Origin: Rhodospirillales bacterium
GTDB taxonomy: Bacteria > Pseudomonadota > Alphaproteobacteria > Bin95
Direction: 5' to 3'
Length of the DNA: 64,000 nucleotides
Assembly: GCA_038143065.1 (NCBI GenBank)
Contig: JAYQLI010000035.1
Span: 2,240,894-2,304,893 of the forward strand
The notes under the pieces are model-generated. The model had not been told where the DNA came from, made no database searches, and saw nothing but the letters and a program-made list of their open reading frames with translations. Below, one piece after another: positions 1 through 12,924 of this stretch (positions are counted from its first letter, which is position 1; each line of letters begins with the position of its first letter). A program made the position numbers and the translations under genes.

Positions 1-2
1 TT

Positions 3-269
3 GCACGCCAAGTTCAGGATATCGATTGGACTACAGATTATGTAAAGAGGTCAGTGCGTCACTACGTACATCCAGTTGGAACAGCCCGCATGGGACGTCT
101 AGATGACCCGGATGCGGTTGTGGATCACCATGGAAGATTGATTGGTCTTCTAGGTCTTCGTGTGGCAGATGCGTCTATTATGCCCACGATCCCAAGTGCT
201 AACACTAATCTAAGCTGCATCATGATTGGTGAACGGATTGTGCAGTGGATGCGGAGAGAAGAAAATTAG
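3..269 (+). CDS. GMC-family oxidoreductase (choline dehydrogenase-like), C-terminal part; begins before the window
   Basis: Frame open from the window edge; HPVGTARMG...AVVD...GLRVADASIMPTIPSANTN...MIGER is the GMC C-terminal signature. Confidence 0.85.
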   Translation, partial: ARQVQDIDWTTDYVKRSVRHYVHPVGTARMGRLDDPDAVVDHHGRLIGLLGLRVADASIMPTIPSANTNLSCIMIGERIVQWMRREEN

Positions 270-346
270 TTTGGATAATAGCTAAAAGGCTCCACCTGTT
301 CCGGCTGAAATTTGGCTCCTGTTAAATGGGAAGATTGATTGGCCTT

Positions 347-1591
347 CTAGCGATAACGATCAATCCTGAAAGGTTGCAGATCAATTGTTGCATTTCGACG
401 ACTGACTAAGCTTGCAATATGTGCTCCTGTGACCGCACTGCCTGTTAATCCCAAATGCCCATGGCCAAAGGCGTAGAATACTTTTTCGTGGACTTTAGAC
501 GAAGATATAACAGGCAAACTATCTGGGGTGGCTGGTCGTTGCCCCATCCACCGTTTTGCATCTGATACATCGACATCACGGAAAACGGTCTTTGCATGCT
601 CTAGCAATTTAACAGCACGCCCCCAATTAGGTGGAGCTTCCAGGCCTGCAAACTCAACTGTGCCGGCGAGGCGAAGTCCTTCCTCCATTGTCGTAGTCAT
701 GAACTTCCGTTCATTGAAGCTGACGGGACGACGAGTGGTAAAGCCTGGTGAAGGAAGCATCATGTGATAGCCACGTTCACTCTCCAGCGGGAATGGCTCA
801 CCAAGTTGTTTTGATAATTCGCTAGACCAGGCGCCTGCGGCGATAACCAGACGATCAAGTTTGAACTCCCTGGCGCTTGTCCGGATCTTTGTTGGGCCCT
901 CTGGACCAATTTCAAAACCAAGCACTTTGCATTTAACAAACTCGCAACCCATGCGACTTGCCTGTTTTGCATAGGCCTCAGTTAACGCACCAGGATTGAC
1001 CGTATGCCCACTGTTAGGAGCCCAAGTTGCATGCTTAAAAATGGGAGCAAGGCCAGGTTCAAGCTGAGAGATTTCATCAGGATTTAGTTCGTGAATCTCA
1101 TGACCATGCGATTGCATTCTAGCACGGGCTGCTGCATCGGCCTTAAAAGCGGCATCGGTCTCGTAAAGTGACAACCAACCCTGGCGTTTTATCAGGTGTT
1201 TAACATTGGCTAATTCAGCTAGTTCTTCATGCCCTTCAATAACATTTTTGTGGAGCGCTGCTAGGGCTTCACTTTGCAAAGCCACCTGCGTAGCAGCACC
1301 GTCTCGAATAAACTGCATAAACCATGGCATTGCTTTTGGTAGATAGCTCCAACGAATGGCCAGTGGACCAAGGGGATCAAGCAGCCATTTTGGTATTTGT
1401 TTGATGACCCCTGGGCCTGACATAGGGTTGATCGACTGAGGAGAAATGGCTCCTGCATTGCCATAAGAGGTTTGCGTTCCTGCTGGGTGCTCATCTATCA
1501 GACTGACCCGCCAGCCATCTTTGAGGAGGTGCAATGCACAAGAAACGCCTACTATGCCAGCACCAATAATTGTCACGTGGCCTTCGGTCAT
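347..1591 (-). CDS. FAD-dependent D-amino acid dehydrogenase-like oxidoreductase (DAO family)
   Basis: IIGAGIVG Rossmann motif, TSYGNAG, ERGYH, WMGQRPATPDSLPVI, FGHGHLGLT; ATG at 1591 preceded by GGAGAGG. Confidence 0.85.
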   Translation of the reverse strand: MTEGHVTIIGAGIVGVSCALHLLKDGWRVSLIDEHPAGTQTSYGNAGAISPQSINPMSGPGVIKQIPKWLLDPLGPLAIRWSYLPKAMPWFMQFIRDGAATQVALQSEALAALHKNVIEGHEELAELANVKHLIKRQGWLSLYETDAAFKADAAARARMQSHGHEIHELNPDEISQLEPGLAPIFKHATWAPNSGHTVNPGALTEAYAKQASRMGCEFVKCKVLGFEIGPEGPTKIRTSAREFKLDRLVIAAGAWSSELSKQLGEPFPLESERGYHMMLPSPGFTTRRPVSFNERKFMTTTMEEGLRLAGTVEFAGLEAPPNWGRAVKLLEHAKTVFRDVDVSDAKRWMGQRPATPDSLPVISSSKVHEKVFYAFGHGHLGLTGSAVTGAHIASLVSRRNATIDLQPFRIDRYR

Positions 1592-1609
1592 AAACCTCTC
1601 CAATTAATC

Positions 1610-2052
1610 TTAGCCATGATGGTATGGCCCTCCTTGGAGTATATCTTGGGTCCGATAGAGTTGTTCGGCGAGCATGGCACGCACCAGCATATGAGGCCAC
1701 GTCGCTTTGCCAAAAGCAAGAAGTAGGTCAGCAGAGTTACGGGTATCCTCAGATAACCCATATGCTCCACCAATGATGCATGTTAGGTCCCGTCCCTGAT
1801 CTCGCCAATGGCCAAAGCGACGGGCAAGCTCTATGCTTGTGAGGTCTTGGCCTCTTTCATCCAGGATTATCCGAACTGAACCAGCTGGAATTTTTTATTT
1901 ATTTGATTCCACTCTTCCTGCGCATTTTTATTTTTACGCGCATCAAAGGTAATGAGCTTTGGCTTTGGGCGTATTCGATTTAAATAACGCTCTACTAATT
2001 CGGCTTCCGCTTCGCCGCGTGCTTTTCCTATGGCGATAATTGTAATACGCGA
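1610..2052 (-). CDS. rlmH: 23S rRNA pseudouridine-1915 N3-methyltransferase; frameshift near 1891-1896 and start codon not intact
   Basis: Manual translation: RITIIAIGK...LDERGQDLTS...IIGGAYGL...TWPHMLVRAMLAEQLYR..ILQGGPYHHG*; lies directly after rsfS as usual; missed by the ORF track. Confidence 0.85.
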
Positions 2053-2053
2053 C

Positions 2054-2494
2054 TTACTCTTCCTCTATGGAGACCTGAACATCGCCGTGATCAAACGGCA
2101 CCATGGAAGGAGGGGCTGAGGGGGTTTCAAGTCCCCACATGCTTTCCAATCTGTAATAAGCCCTTACCTCCGGGCGAAACAGATGTACTACCACATCCCC
2201 AGCATCGACTAAGACCCAGTCACCTTCAGGCAATCCCTCGATTGATGGTCCCTCTGACATTTGAGGTTTAAGGAGTTCTCGCAAATGCTCTGCGATGGCA
2301 GCTACCTGTCGTTGAGAACGTCCAGATGCAATTACCATGAAATCGCACATGGACGATTTCCCGGTCATATCAATCGTTATTATTTCCTCAGCCTTATCGT
2401 CGTCGAGTTTAGTGATTATTTGTTCAAGCAAGCGTCCATTAGGTGCTTGCTTTTCAGGCTTGGTATCAATGTTTGCTTCTATGGAATTACTCAA
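2054..2494 (-). CDS. rsfS: Ribosome silencing factor
   Basis: LDDDKAEEI..IDM...CDFMVIASGRSQRQV, WVLVDAGDVVVHLFRPEVRAYYRLESMW; TTG start overlapping the nadD stop. Confidence 0.92.
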   Translation of the reverse strand: MSNSIEANIDTKPEKQAPNGRLLEQIITKLDDDKAEEIITIDMTGKSSMCDFMVIASGRSQRQVAAIAEHLRELLKPQMSEGPSIEGLPEGDWVLVDAGDVVVHLFRPEVRAYYRLESMWGLETPSAPPSMVPFDHGDVQVSIEEE

Positions 2495-3119
2495 TATCCC
2501 TTGGTTCCTCCAAAAGGTGTTTGTCGGCCTGCTCGGATCTCCGTAGCCGATGTAGGGTTCAAGCGCGACGCTATATAAATCCATGCAGGTGCTTTTCTAT
2601 CTGCAAGACCACGGGCTCTTTGGTCTCGCACCCTAGCGCTTCTAAAGCGAATTGCAGCTTTACTATGCATTGAATTCCAAGAATAGGCGGGCCGAGCGAT
2701 CACGGCAACGGGAATTGTTTTAAATATCGTATCCCATCGCTTCCACAGAGGGAGTTGCAGCATGTTATCTGCCCCCATTAGCCACACAAATTGCACGCGC
2801 GGGAAACGACGCTTGAGCTTTCTGAGGGTGACTGCTGTGTAATTGCTTCCAAAAGCACGCTCTAGATCAGTTACATGTATTGCGGGATGTTGGGCCGCAT
2901 ACTGGGCAGAAGCCATCCTTTGGTCGAATGGACTCATACCAGTTGTTGATTTAAGGGGTTTTGAGGTGACACCAGCCACCAAACTGCATCCAACCCAAGC
3001 CGCTTAAGTGCGATCTTTGATAGATGCAGATGGCCTGAGTGAGCAGGGTTGAACGAGCCGCCGAGGAGGCCAATCCTACCCCATTCACGGCCTGGTCTGA
3101 CCGTCGCCGGTAATGACAT
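2491..3119 (-). CDS. nadD: Nicotinate-nucleotide adenylyltransferase; frameshift near 2950
   Basis: [15 protein letters not shown]...[10 protein letters not shown] in one frame, WLMGADN...WKRW...SATEIR in the other; start uncertain. Confidence 0.9.
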
Positions 3120-4379
3120 ACTTAAAGCTCGTTAATTGGGCGGCACCAACAGGGCCACGGGCGTGAAACTTGTCAGTCGAAATACCAATTTCTGCACCAA
3201 ATCCAAATTCGCCACCATCGGCATATTGGGTTGAAGCATTAATGACAACGATGGCACTATCGATTTCTGCTTTGAATTTAGCTTGAACATTCTGGTCCTC
3301 AGTTACGATTGCATCGGTGTGCCCCGAACCATAAGAGGATATATGTTTGATTGCCTCTTCTATCCCGCTCACTACTCTAACCGAAATAATTGCATCTAAG
3401 TATTCTGTAATCCAATCTTCTTCTGATGCTGGGGTTCCTGTTGGCCAAATTATTTGGGTCTCTGGACAACCTCGAATTGCGAAACCCGCAGCTTCTAGAT
3501 CACCCAGAATATAGGGTAGCATGTTTCTAGCAACTGACTTATCTATGAGCAGGGTCTCTGCAGCACCACATACGCCAGTTCTTCGCATCTTGGCATTAAG
3601 TGTTATGGAGCGAGCCTTCTGGAGATCGGCGGCCCTATCCACATACACATGACACAATCCCTCCAAGTGCCCAATAACTGGCATTCGTGCCTCTGCAATG
3701 ACCCGCTCTACCAAGCTTCGACCACCACGAGGAACCATAATATCCACTTGGCCTCTGCCACGAAGCATCGCGCCTACGAAGGCTCTATCTTTAGTTGGTG
3801 CAGCCTGGATTGCATCTTTTGGTAAACCCACCTTTGAAATTCCGACGCGCAGTGCGTTTACAATAGCAGTCGACGAATTCGAGCTTTCAGATCCTCCACG
3901 TAGAATTGCACAATTCCCTGATTTAAGTGCCAGGCCTCCCGCATCTGCCGTCACATTTGGACGGCTTTCGTAAACGACGCCGATTACCCCAAGTGGGACG
4001 GAAATTTTTTGAATAATTAGACCATTTGGCCTGGTCCAGTCTGCCAACACGCGTCCAACTGGATCAGGTAATTCTGCGACTGCTTCAAGACCTTTCGCTA
4101 TGCCATCGAGACGAACATCATCAAGTTCAAGTCTATCAAGCATCGAGGGGGCAAGGTTGTTTCTTGCAGCCTCTTTCATGTCTTTTGTGTTTGCATCCAA
4201 GATACGGTCTGACTGTGCCCGAATTTCGGCTGCAGCAGCGATCAGAGCTTCAGTCTTGACCTCAGGCTTGGCGCGAGAAAGATCAGGAAATGCAGCGCGT
4301 GCTCGATTGGCAATTTCATTGAGCATCAGATCGGCAGCTTCTGGTGTAAGCAAATCCGATTTGTTTTGAGCGGTGGAGC

Positions 4380-4383
<4 letters not shown>
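3085..4383 (-). CDS. proA: Gamma-glutamyl phosphate reductase
   Basis: [62 protein letters not shown]. Confidence 0.97.
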
Positions 4384-6607
<2,224 letters not shown>

Positions 6608-6645
6608 TCATCAGGGTTGCCTGCGCCCCACCCATCACGACCGGT

Positions 6646-6665
6646 GGAACGCCAATCGGCGTTCC
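6646..6665. other. GC-rich stem-loop between rpmA and obgE
   Basis: GGAACGCC-AATC-GGCGTTCC perfect 8-bp inverted repeat; no U-tract on the coding strand, so attenuator or stabiliser rather than a clear terminator. Confidence 0.5.
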
Positions 6666-6674
6666 GCTTGATGC

Positions 6675-6962
6675 CTATTCGGCAGCGGCCGCCTGATCAG
6701 AGGAATTGGCTGCTGGATCTACGGAAACGTACGTCCGACCCCGAGCTTTTGTAGCAAAGCTTACATTTCCATCAATCAAAGCAAAGATCGTGTGGTCCTT
6801 GCCCATTCCCACATTGGAACCAGGGTGGAACTTAGTTCCGCGCTGCCGAATTATTATGTTACCGGGTTCGACAACTTCCCCGCCAAATTTTTTGACCCCG
6901 AGTCGGCGTCCGGCTGAATCGCGACCGTTACGTGAACTGCCGCCTGCTTTTTTATGAGCCAT
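6675..6962 (-). CDS. rpmA: 50S ribosomal protein L27
   Basis: [23 protein letters not shown]. Confidence 0.99.
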   Translation of the reverse strand: MAHKKAGGSSRNGRDSAGRRLGVKKFGGEVVEPGNIIIRQRGTKFHPGSNVGMGKDHTIFALIDGNVSFATKARGRTYVSVDPAANSSDQAAAAE

Positions 6963-6991
6963 GGTTGATTGCTCCTTAGCTTACGGTCAAA

Positions 6992-7303
6992 TTAGGCTGA
7001 GATGCCGGTTATACGGACGACACTCAGGTGCTGTCTGTGACCGTTCTTCCGTCTTGAATTTTGGCGACGGCGCTTCTTAAAGATGATGACTTTTTTATCA
7101 CGCATTTGCTCGACTAATTCAGCTTTAACCGTTGCTCCGTCGACCAAAGGTGCGCCAACTTTTGACTGCCCATCGCCGCCTACCATGAGAACCTCATTGA
7201 ATACGACTTCAGAACCAGCTTCAGCGTCAAGTTTTTCAATGCGGATTACATCATTCTCTGCGACGCGATATTGTTTGCCGCCCGTGCGGATGACTGCGAA
7301 CAT
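6992..7303 (-). CDS. rplU: 50S ribosomal protein L21
   Basis: [14 protein letters not shown]...[16 protein letters not shown]. Confidence 0.99.
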   Translation of the reverse strand: MFAVIRTGGKQYRVAENDVIRIEKLDAEAGSEVVFNEVLMVGGDGQSKVGAPLVDGATVKAELVEQMRDKKVIIFKKRRRQNSRRKNGHRQHLSVVRITGISA

Positions 7304-7372
7304 AGCTACTATCTCTCAAATGAAACCCGCCGCAGCAGGAAAAATATCCCGCACAGGCAGCGTGAAGGCGGA

Positions 7373-7400
7373 GTTATAGCGATCCCGAGTAAAACGTCAA
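7373..7400 (-). promoter_or_regulatory. Sigma70-type promoter of the rplU operon
   Basis: Minus strand TTGACG-N16-TATAAC about 70 nt upstream of the rplU ATG. Confidence 0.6.
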
Positions 7401-7711
7401 CATTAGATGCTCGGAGAATTTGATCGTCGCTATATAAGAAATTCGTTTTGTAACTGCTTAGACTTACGGTGGTATTGGCCGGAGATCTGCCTGCATTGAT
7501 GGAAAGAGTTCTAATTGCTGTCTTCAAATTGTCTCGTCGCTGGTTCTCGTGAAGATTGATGGAAGTACTGTAGAAGGATTGTTCTGCAGTTAGTTTTAAT
7601 AAAATATCAAAGCTACAAGCGGGGTGTATCAGGGAAATGATTACTGGTCAGTAGCTTGACGTGGAACATACCTGAGGCGACGCTGTGCTTAAATTTTATA
7701 AGGTTTGCTTT

Positions 7712-8593
7712 ATGACGAATGCCGTATCTCCATTATTTGAGCCCGAATCTGTCGTAGCGCATGTGGCTAACCATGAGACGCGCTTTCCAGAAGTAAAAGC
7801 GGGGGCGAGTTTCGTTGATGAAATAATTGAGATTACGCCTGAATATCAAAAGGCGATGCTTCAATTCTCTGAGATTGACGAGTCCTTATATGCGGGTGAG
7901 GTTGATCCAGGACTTCTTGCAAGGAGGCCAATTAGCGTAATCGGATCGGCCCTTTTCAATGCTCACCCAGAGCGTGGTTATGTTCACACTGTGCAAACAT
8001 TTTCACGTTTGTTGCCTGTTCCCAAAGGCGAGCCAATTGCAATGACAGGAAAATTTACGAGTATTGATGATCATCCAAGAGGTTGGATTATGCATGGTCG
8101 CTTTGAATTTAGGCGTGCCGATGGTGAGCTGTGTCTTGTTGTATCTCCTTCTGCATTGATGGCTGATCCGGAGAGGAATACGACAGCTCCAGTCTCAAAA
8201 AATGCTCCAGAGTTAACTGTAGAAGAGAGACTCCAAGCTCTTTATGAAGCGGGTTGGTATACTGTGGGTGAGAAAACATGCACCCCAGAGAGAGTTGTTG
8301 GGTACTGCGGAAAAACACGTAATTTAATTCACACAGATCCTGCATATGCGCAAAGTTTTGGGTTTAGAGCTCCTATTACTGCCGGCAATCAGATGGTTGA
8401 GTGGCACCTTGAAGCAGTACGAAGAGCCCACATAGGTGAGGTTTTTGAAGGTTCGGTTCGACTACAACGACCAGTATTTTGGGATGACGAATTATCTGTA
8501 ATGCGCCGCGACGTAGGTAAAGCTATTGAATTTTCAGTGGTGAAATCTGACGGGCGGGTCGCTAACTCTAGTACTTTTAAGGCAATTTCCTGA
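7712..8593 (+). CDS. MaoC/hotdog-fold dehydratase-like protein, probably double hotdog
   Basis: NLIHTDPAYAQSFGFRAPITAG resembles the hydratase-2/MaoC motif; QRPVFWDD; N-terminal half has a second hotdog-like segment; ATG 7712 preferred. Confidence 0.65.
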   Translation: MTNAVSPLFEPESVVAHVANHETRFPEVKAGASFVDEIIEITPEYQKAMLQFSEIDESLYAGEVDPGLLARRPISVIGSALFNAHPERGYVHTVQTFSRLLPVPKGEPIAMTGKFTSIDDHPRGWIMHGRFEFRRADGELCLVVSPSALMADPERNTTAPVSKNAPELTVEERLQALYEAGWYTVGEKTCTPERVVGYCGKTRNLIHTDPAYAQSFGFRAPITAGNQMVEWHLEAVRRAHIGEVFEGSVRLQRPVFWDDELSVMRRDVGKAIEFSVVKSDGRVANSSTFKAIS

Positions 8594-8838
8594 TGGCTGA
8601 CAGTCGACTTTCAGAGGAACAGCAAAAAAAGATTGCGCTCGATTTATTTCTAGAAGCTTGGGATAAGTCTTGTGAGGCTGGAGTTGAGGCAGATTTGTTG
8701 TGTGAGGTAATGATTTATCTCTCAATTACGGACCTTGTGGCGTATAGGGGCGAAGAAACAGCCGCGAGTTTGTTTGAAAACTTGCCGGATCGAATTCGTG
8801 ATGGCGAATTTAGTTTGGATGATGATGACGATGTTTGA
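8593..8838 (+). CDS. Small acidic conserved hypothetical protein
   Basis: 81-aa ORF coupled to both neighbours; EAWD...GVE..LL......TDLV...GEE..A.L...LP.RIR.GEF pattern recalled from alphaproteobacterial hypotheticals. Confidence 0.7.
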   Translation: MADSRLSEEQQKKIALDLFLEAWDKSCEAGVEADLLCEVMIYLSITDLVAYRGEETAASLFENLPDRIRDGEFSLDDDDDV

Positions 8839-9897
8839 GCAAATAGGCCTTCATGCTCTGCGTCTCTTAGATCCTGAGAAGGCTCATGGAATTGCGCTTA
8901 AAACCCTGAAATTGGGCATGGCAGGTTCCTACGATGCTTCTGATCATTCATGTTTGGCGACAAATGTATTTGATCGCAATTTTAAAAATCCTATCGGTAT
9001 TGCAGCTGGATTTGATAAGCATTGTGAGGCTCTCCCTGAAACGCTGGCTTTAGGCCCTGGCTTCACTGAAATTGGAGGAGTCGCTCCAAAACCCCAAGCA
9101 GGTAATCCAAAACCACGCCTTTTCCGGTTAACGGAGGACCAGGCGGTTATCAATCGTTTTGGCTTTAATTCATTAGGTCATGAAGTTGTGGCTTCCCGTC
9201 TGGAGGCAGATCGAAAAGCTGGTGTGAGAGGAATAGTTGGGGTCAACTTGGCAATCAATAAGACCACAGAAGACCCGGCTGAAGATTATGCCGAGGGTAT
9301 TAGAGTCTTTGGTGCCTTTGCTGATTTTCTGACGATTAATATTTCTTCCCCAAACACTGCAGGTCTTAGAGACTTGCAAGGTGAAGCGGCCCTAGCGTCT
9401 CTTTTAGATCATTCGACTAAGGCACACGCGGCTCTTGATGTCCCAAAAAAACCAGCCCTCTTGGTTAAGGTTGCGCCAGATTTAGATGATTCAGAAATTT
9501 CCGCTATTTCCGACTTGGCAGTTTCATTTCAAGCTAATGGATTAGCAGGTCTTGTAGTATCAAATACTACTATCGCTCGACCTTCCCATTTAAAAAGCCC
9601 TCTTTCAGCTGAGACCGGGGTCTTTCTGGGGCACCATTATTCGAGACTTCAACCTCAGTCCTTAGGTCGTTTGCTCGGCGTTTGGATGGACGCCTACCTA
9701 TTATAGGAGTCGGTGGAGTAACCTCGGGTGAGCATGCCTATCTCAAAATCAAGGCCGGTGCATCCCTAGTGCAACTTTACTCTGCTTTGGTTTATCAAGG
9801 TCCGTCTTTGATTTCACGTATTAAGCAAGAATTAGCCGATTTGCTTCGGCGGGATGGTATTGTCCATGTCTCGGATGCAATTGGCCGTGACCTGTAA
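8831..9897 (+). CDS. pyrD: Quinone-dependent dihydroorotate dehydrogenase (class 2); frameshift at GGGG 9617-9620
   Basis: [58 protein letters not shown]; second frame IIGVGGV...[10 protein letters not shown]. Confidence 0.95.
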
Positions 9898-9958
9898 GTG
9901 GAGGGAGGCAGAGGTTTTTGGGTAATTCTATTCAGAGCCTATAAAATCTCACTGTCAA

Positions 9959-10836
9959 TTAAGCCTCAACAAAAGCAATGACGCCGCCGACTGCTGCTTT
10001 ACCAATGGCCGCAAGGCCTCCCTCAGGAATTTTTGATAATTGAACGTGGTTCGCTGAGGCTATCCGGTCAACGACAGCCAAGTCCTTTACTGTGACAACT
10101 GCTGCTGAAATTGATGGGCGGCTCGGGGCCTGAGCTCCCGGGAAGCGTGCAGCAAATTCCGATGGCTCTAAAATTGTTACTTTCCCATCCCCTGGAGTAG
10201 TAAATGTCTTTGAGTTTTGAGGTTGATTGAGCATCAGGGACACTCGTTCTGATGTTTGGAGTGCATCAGGTGAAGTGAAGACTGCTTCTACAAGAGCCGT
10301 TGCGCCATTTGGATGATCCAACAATTCACGTTGCCAAAGGGCTTCAGGAGTTTGATGTTCGATTATGATAATCCGACCTTCTGGCCAAAAATCATCTTGG
10401 CTGAAGATATTCCGGAATCGCATCTCGATTTCGCCAGCGTTTTTATGAAGTCCAATTGGTGCCATCCGACTTCGTTGAACTGGCGGGTCAAAACCTGGAA
10501 TGCGAGATCTCAGTAATGGATAGGCAGAATCTGCTTCTGCCACGCGGAAGGCAGCGATGTGTGGTCTCGCACTCTCTCTAGATACGTTTTCCATGGATTG
10601 AAGCGTTCTTCATCCACGACGCCAATAAGCTCGAGATATCCAGCTCGGAAGAGCGCACACCGATTGGCTGTGCCCCATAGCTCTAAATCGCCATTAGGTC
10701 CAGTAAACCCCATTTGAGGACTAACTCTTGATAGACGAAAGCCTAGCTTCTCCCACGCAATCGCACTGGAATTGAGATCATCTGCAATCCATCCGAGATG
10801 ATCTAGGGAAGGGGAGTCATTTAAAAGTTTTTGCAT
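9959..10836 (-). CDS. VOC/glyoxalase-like family protein; frameshift near 10575
   Basis: LDHLGW..DL....WEKLGF, GTANRCALF..GYLELIG, then HQTPEALWQ...HPNGA. Confidence 0.75.
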
Positions 10837-10881
10837 AGGTAAACCGTAGCTGGCTAACACTGGAACCGCTATACCTGTTTT

Positions 10882-11952
10882 ATGATGTCCTTAAACTCAA
10901 ATTTGCGTGCATGGTTAATAACTGATGGCTTGCCTGGCAATGAAACGCAGATCCGTGGGTTGGAGTCTGCTCTCAAGCAATCAGGCGTAGATGTTGAATT
11001 GAAGGCACTTCGTGCCAATCACTGGCATATTCTTGGCGCAGCTCTTCTCGGATCCAGCGGTTTATCGATTGATCGGGCGCGTTCTGATGTTTTGCAGGAA
11101 CCTTGGCCGGATTTTGTGATTGGTTCTGGTCGTAGATCTGGTCCTTGGGTCCGGTTCGTGAAGCGTGTAAGTGAAGGCAAGACTAAGGCTGTTATGTTTG
11201 GGCAAAAGGGCGCAAACTATATGAACGGTCTAGATCTTGGTTTCGTCCTATCACATTGGAATTTTCCATTTCATAAAAGCCGCAAAATGATTGTGTTGCC
11301 ACCGACTGGTGTAACAAAAGAACGATTAGAGACGGCCTCAGCGCAGATGCCTGGATTACTGGACCCCAGTGTTGGTCCTTGGCTGTTATTGGTTGTTGGC
11401 GGCCGGTGTTTTGATTATTCATTTGGGCCAGAAGATGCCACGAGAGTTGCCTTGCAGGCTGTGAGACAAGCTGAGCGATTGGGAGGATCGCTTGCTATTA
11501 TAAGTAGCCGTCGGAGTGGTGTTGCTGTGGAACAGGCACTGATCACAGCTGCGCCGGAAGCCATTTTTTTCCCCGCATCAACACAGCCTAGTCCGCTCTA
11601 TGCGCTTTTTGCTCAGGCAGATGCTGCGATCATCACTGGAGATAGCGAAAGTATGATTGCTGAGGCCATAATGGCTGACATACCAACGTATATTACTTCT
11701 GTTAGTCCAAGAGGCAGTCTAAGGATGATAATTGAGAGGACTGCTGCGAAGGTTCACCTCTTGGGTAGCGTATTCGCTTGGGGGATAGAAAAGTTTTGGG
11801 AGGCTGGAATAATAATGCCACCTCGTAATTTAGATCAGATGACAGAAAATCTAGTAAAAGCGAAGTTTGCACATAGGTTTACTGGGTCTATTGACTTGGA
11901 AGCTAAACCCAAAACACCGAGTTTGGATTTTGTGAAGGGCTTAGTTAACTAG
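10882..11952 (+). CDS. ELM1/GtrOC1-family putative glycosyltransferase
   Basis: WLITDGLPGNETQ, PWPDFVIGSGRR, LVVGG, SSRRS, ADAAIITGDSESMIAEA. Confidence 0.75.
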   Translation: MMSLNSNLRAWLITDGLPGNETQIRGLESALKQSGVDVELKALRANHWHILGAALLGSSGLSIDRARSDVLQEPWPDFVIGSGRRSGPWVRFVKRVSEGKTKAVMFGQKGANYMNGLDLGFVLSHWNFPFHKSRKMIVLPPTGVTKERLETASAQMPGLLDPSVGPWLLLVVGGRCFDYSFGPEDATRVALQAVRQAERLGGSLAIISSRRSGVAVEQALITAAPEAIFFPASTQPSPLYALFAQADAAIITGDSESMIAEAIMADIPTYITSVSPRGSLRMIIERTAAKVHLLGSVFAWGIEKFWEAGIIMPPRNLDQMTENLVKAKFAHRFTGSIDLEAKPKTPSLDFVKGLVN

Positions 11953-11954
11953 AG

Positions 11955-12803
11955 CTATGCCTCTACGACGATAAAAGTTCGAGTTTCAATGCTTTCTCTT
12001 GCTGGAGCTTCTGGGTCTTGGTTGGGTAATTGAAAAGCCCCATGAGGGGTGTAGACAGCGTTGCCATCTCGAATTGTGTCCCACCCTTTAATCAAAATAA
12101 TTTCATCACGAGACATCAATGGGGCGTAGTACCAGACATGCTCAGAACCGAAAGCTAGTTGATAAATTTCTCCAGTTCGATCTGGGAACCGCTGATCAGT
12201 CGCAATTAAGTCGGCAGCTGGGACGCTGTTAGACGCGGCAAGAGCTAGAGGGGCCCTGCGAACTGGCTCTGATGAAATTGAACGCCAGACATTCACTTGC
12301 AGTATGCGGGCGCCACGCGCAATTGCGGCATCATATGCTTCTTTGCCCATTGCATCTTTAGCACGCTGAGGCCCACTTTTATCGGTATAATCGCAGTGGA
12401 CGCGGGTTGCGGGCCCTCGAAGTCCATCTGGATTAGCTGCCCCAGTTGGGCTATCTGAACGGCGTGTGTGGTCAAAAATATGCACTTCAGAAGCGCCAAA
12501 TCTGTTTCTTAGTAAGTTGGTTATTTCTGAATTATACACATTCGTAATTGCTTGATCGTCATAGAAGTTCTCAAGTGTGCTGGAATGGTTCATTAACTCA
12601 AACCCTTCCCGGTCCACATTTGCTTCTATGTGGCGCATATCGTGAATAGCTACAGTGTGTTGTTCGGTTTTAAAGTGAACTTCGGGTGCGCCACCAGTGA
12701 GAGCCGAGCTCAGGAAATAAGGCTTTTCCGCTTGCCGCACTATGTAGGTCAGAGACCCCTCTGTTTTGCGGGAGTTACTAGGTTGCTGAGAGGTTGTAAG
12801 CAT
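11955..12803 (-). CDS. CmcJ/NvfI/AsaB-family putative Fe(II)/2-oxoglutarate oxidoreductase
   Basis: FDHTRR, PATRVHCDYT (HxD), QVNVWR, PLAL, TPHGAF, RESIETR. Confidence 0.8.
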   Translation of the reverse strand: MLTTSQQPSNSRKTEGSLTYIVRQAEKPYFLSSALTGGAPEVHFKTEQHTVAIHDMRHIEANVDREGFELMNHSSTLENFYDDQAITNVYNSEITNLLRNRFGASEVHIFDHTRRSDSPTGAANPDGLRGPATRVHCDYTDKSGPQRAKDAMGKEAYDAAIARGARILQVNVWRSISSEPVRRAPLALAASNSVPAADLIATDQRFPDRTGEIYQLAFGSEHVWYYAPLMSRDEIILIKGWDTIRDGNAVYTPHGAFQLPNQDPEAPARESIETRTFIVVEA

Positions 12804-12924
12804 GGCAAGAACCTAATCAAATTTTTGGTGTTAAACAAATTGATGAAGTATCATTTGTGGCTGGTGAACACATTTGTGAAGCTGTTAATTGGTAAAAAAT
12901 TGAGATTGTTAATTCTTATACCAA

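Noticed and set aside
2047-2056. Non-canonical start for rlmH
   Set aside because: TAA-GTCGCGT becomes TAA-GTG-CGT by removing one base, consistent with the indel noise
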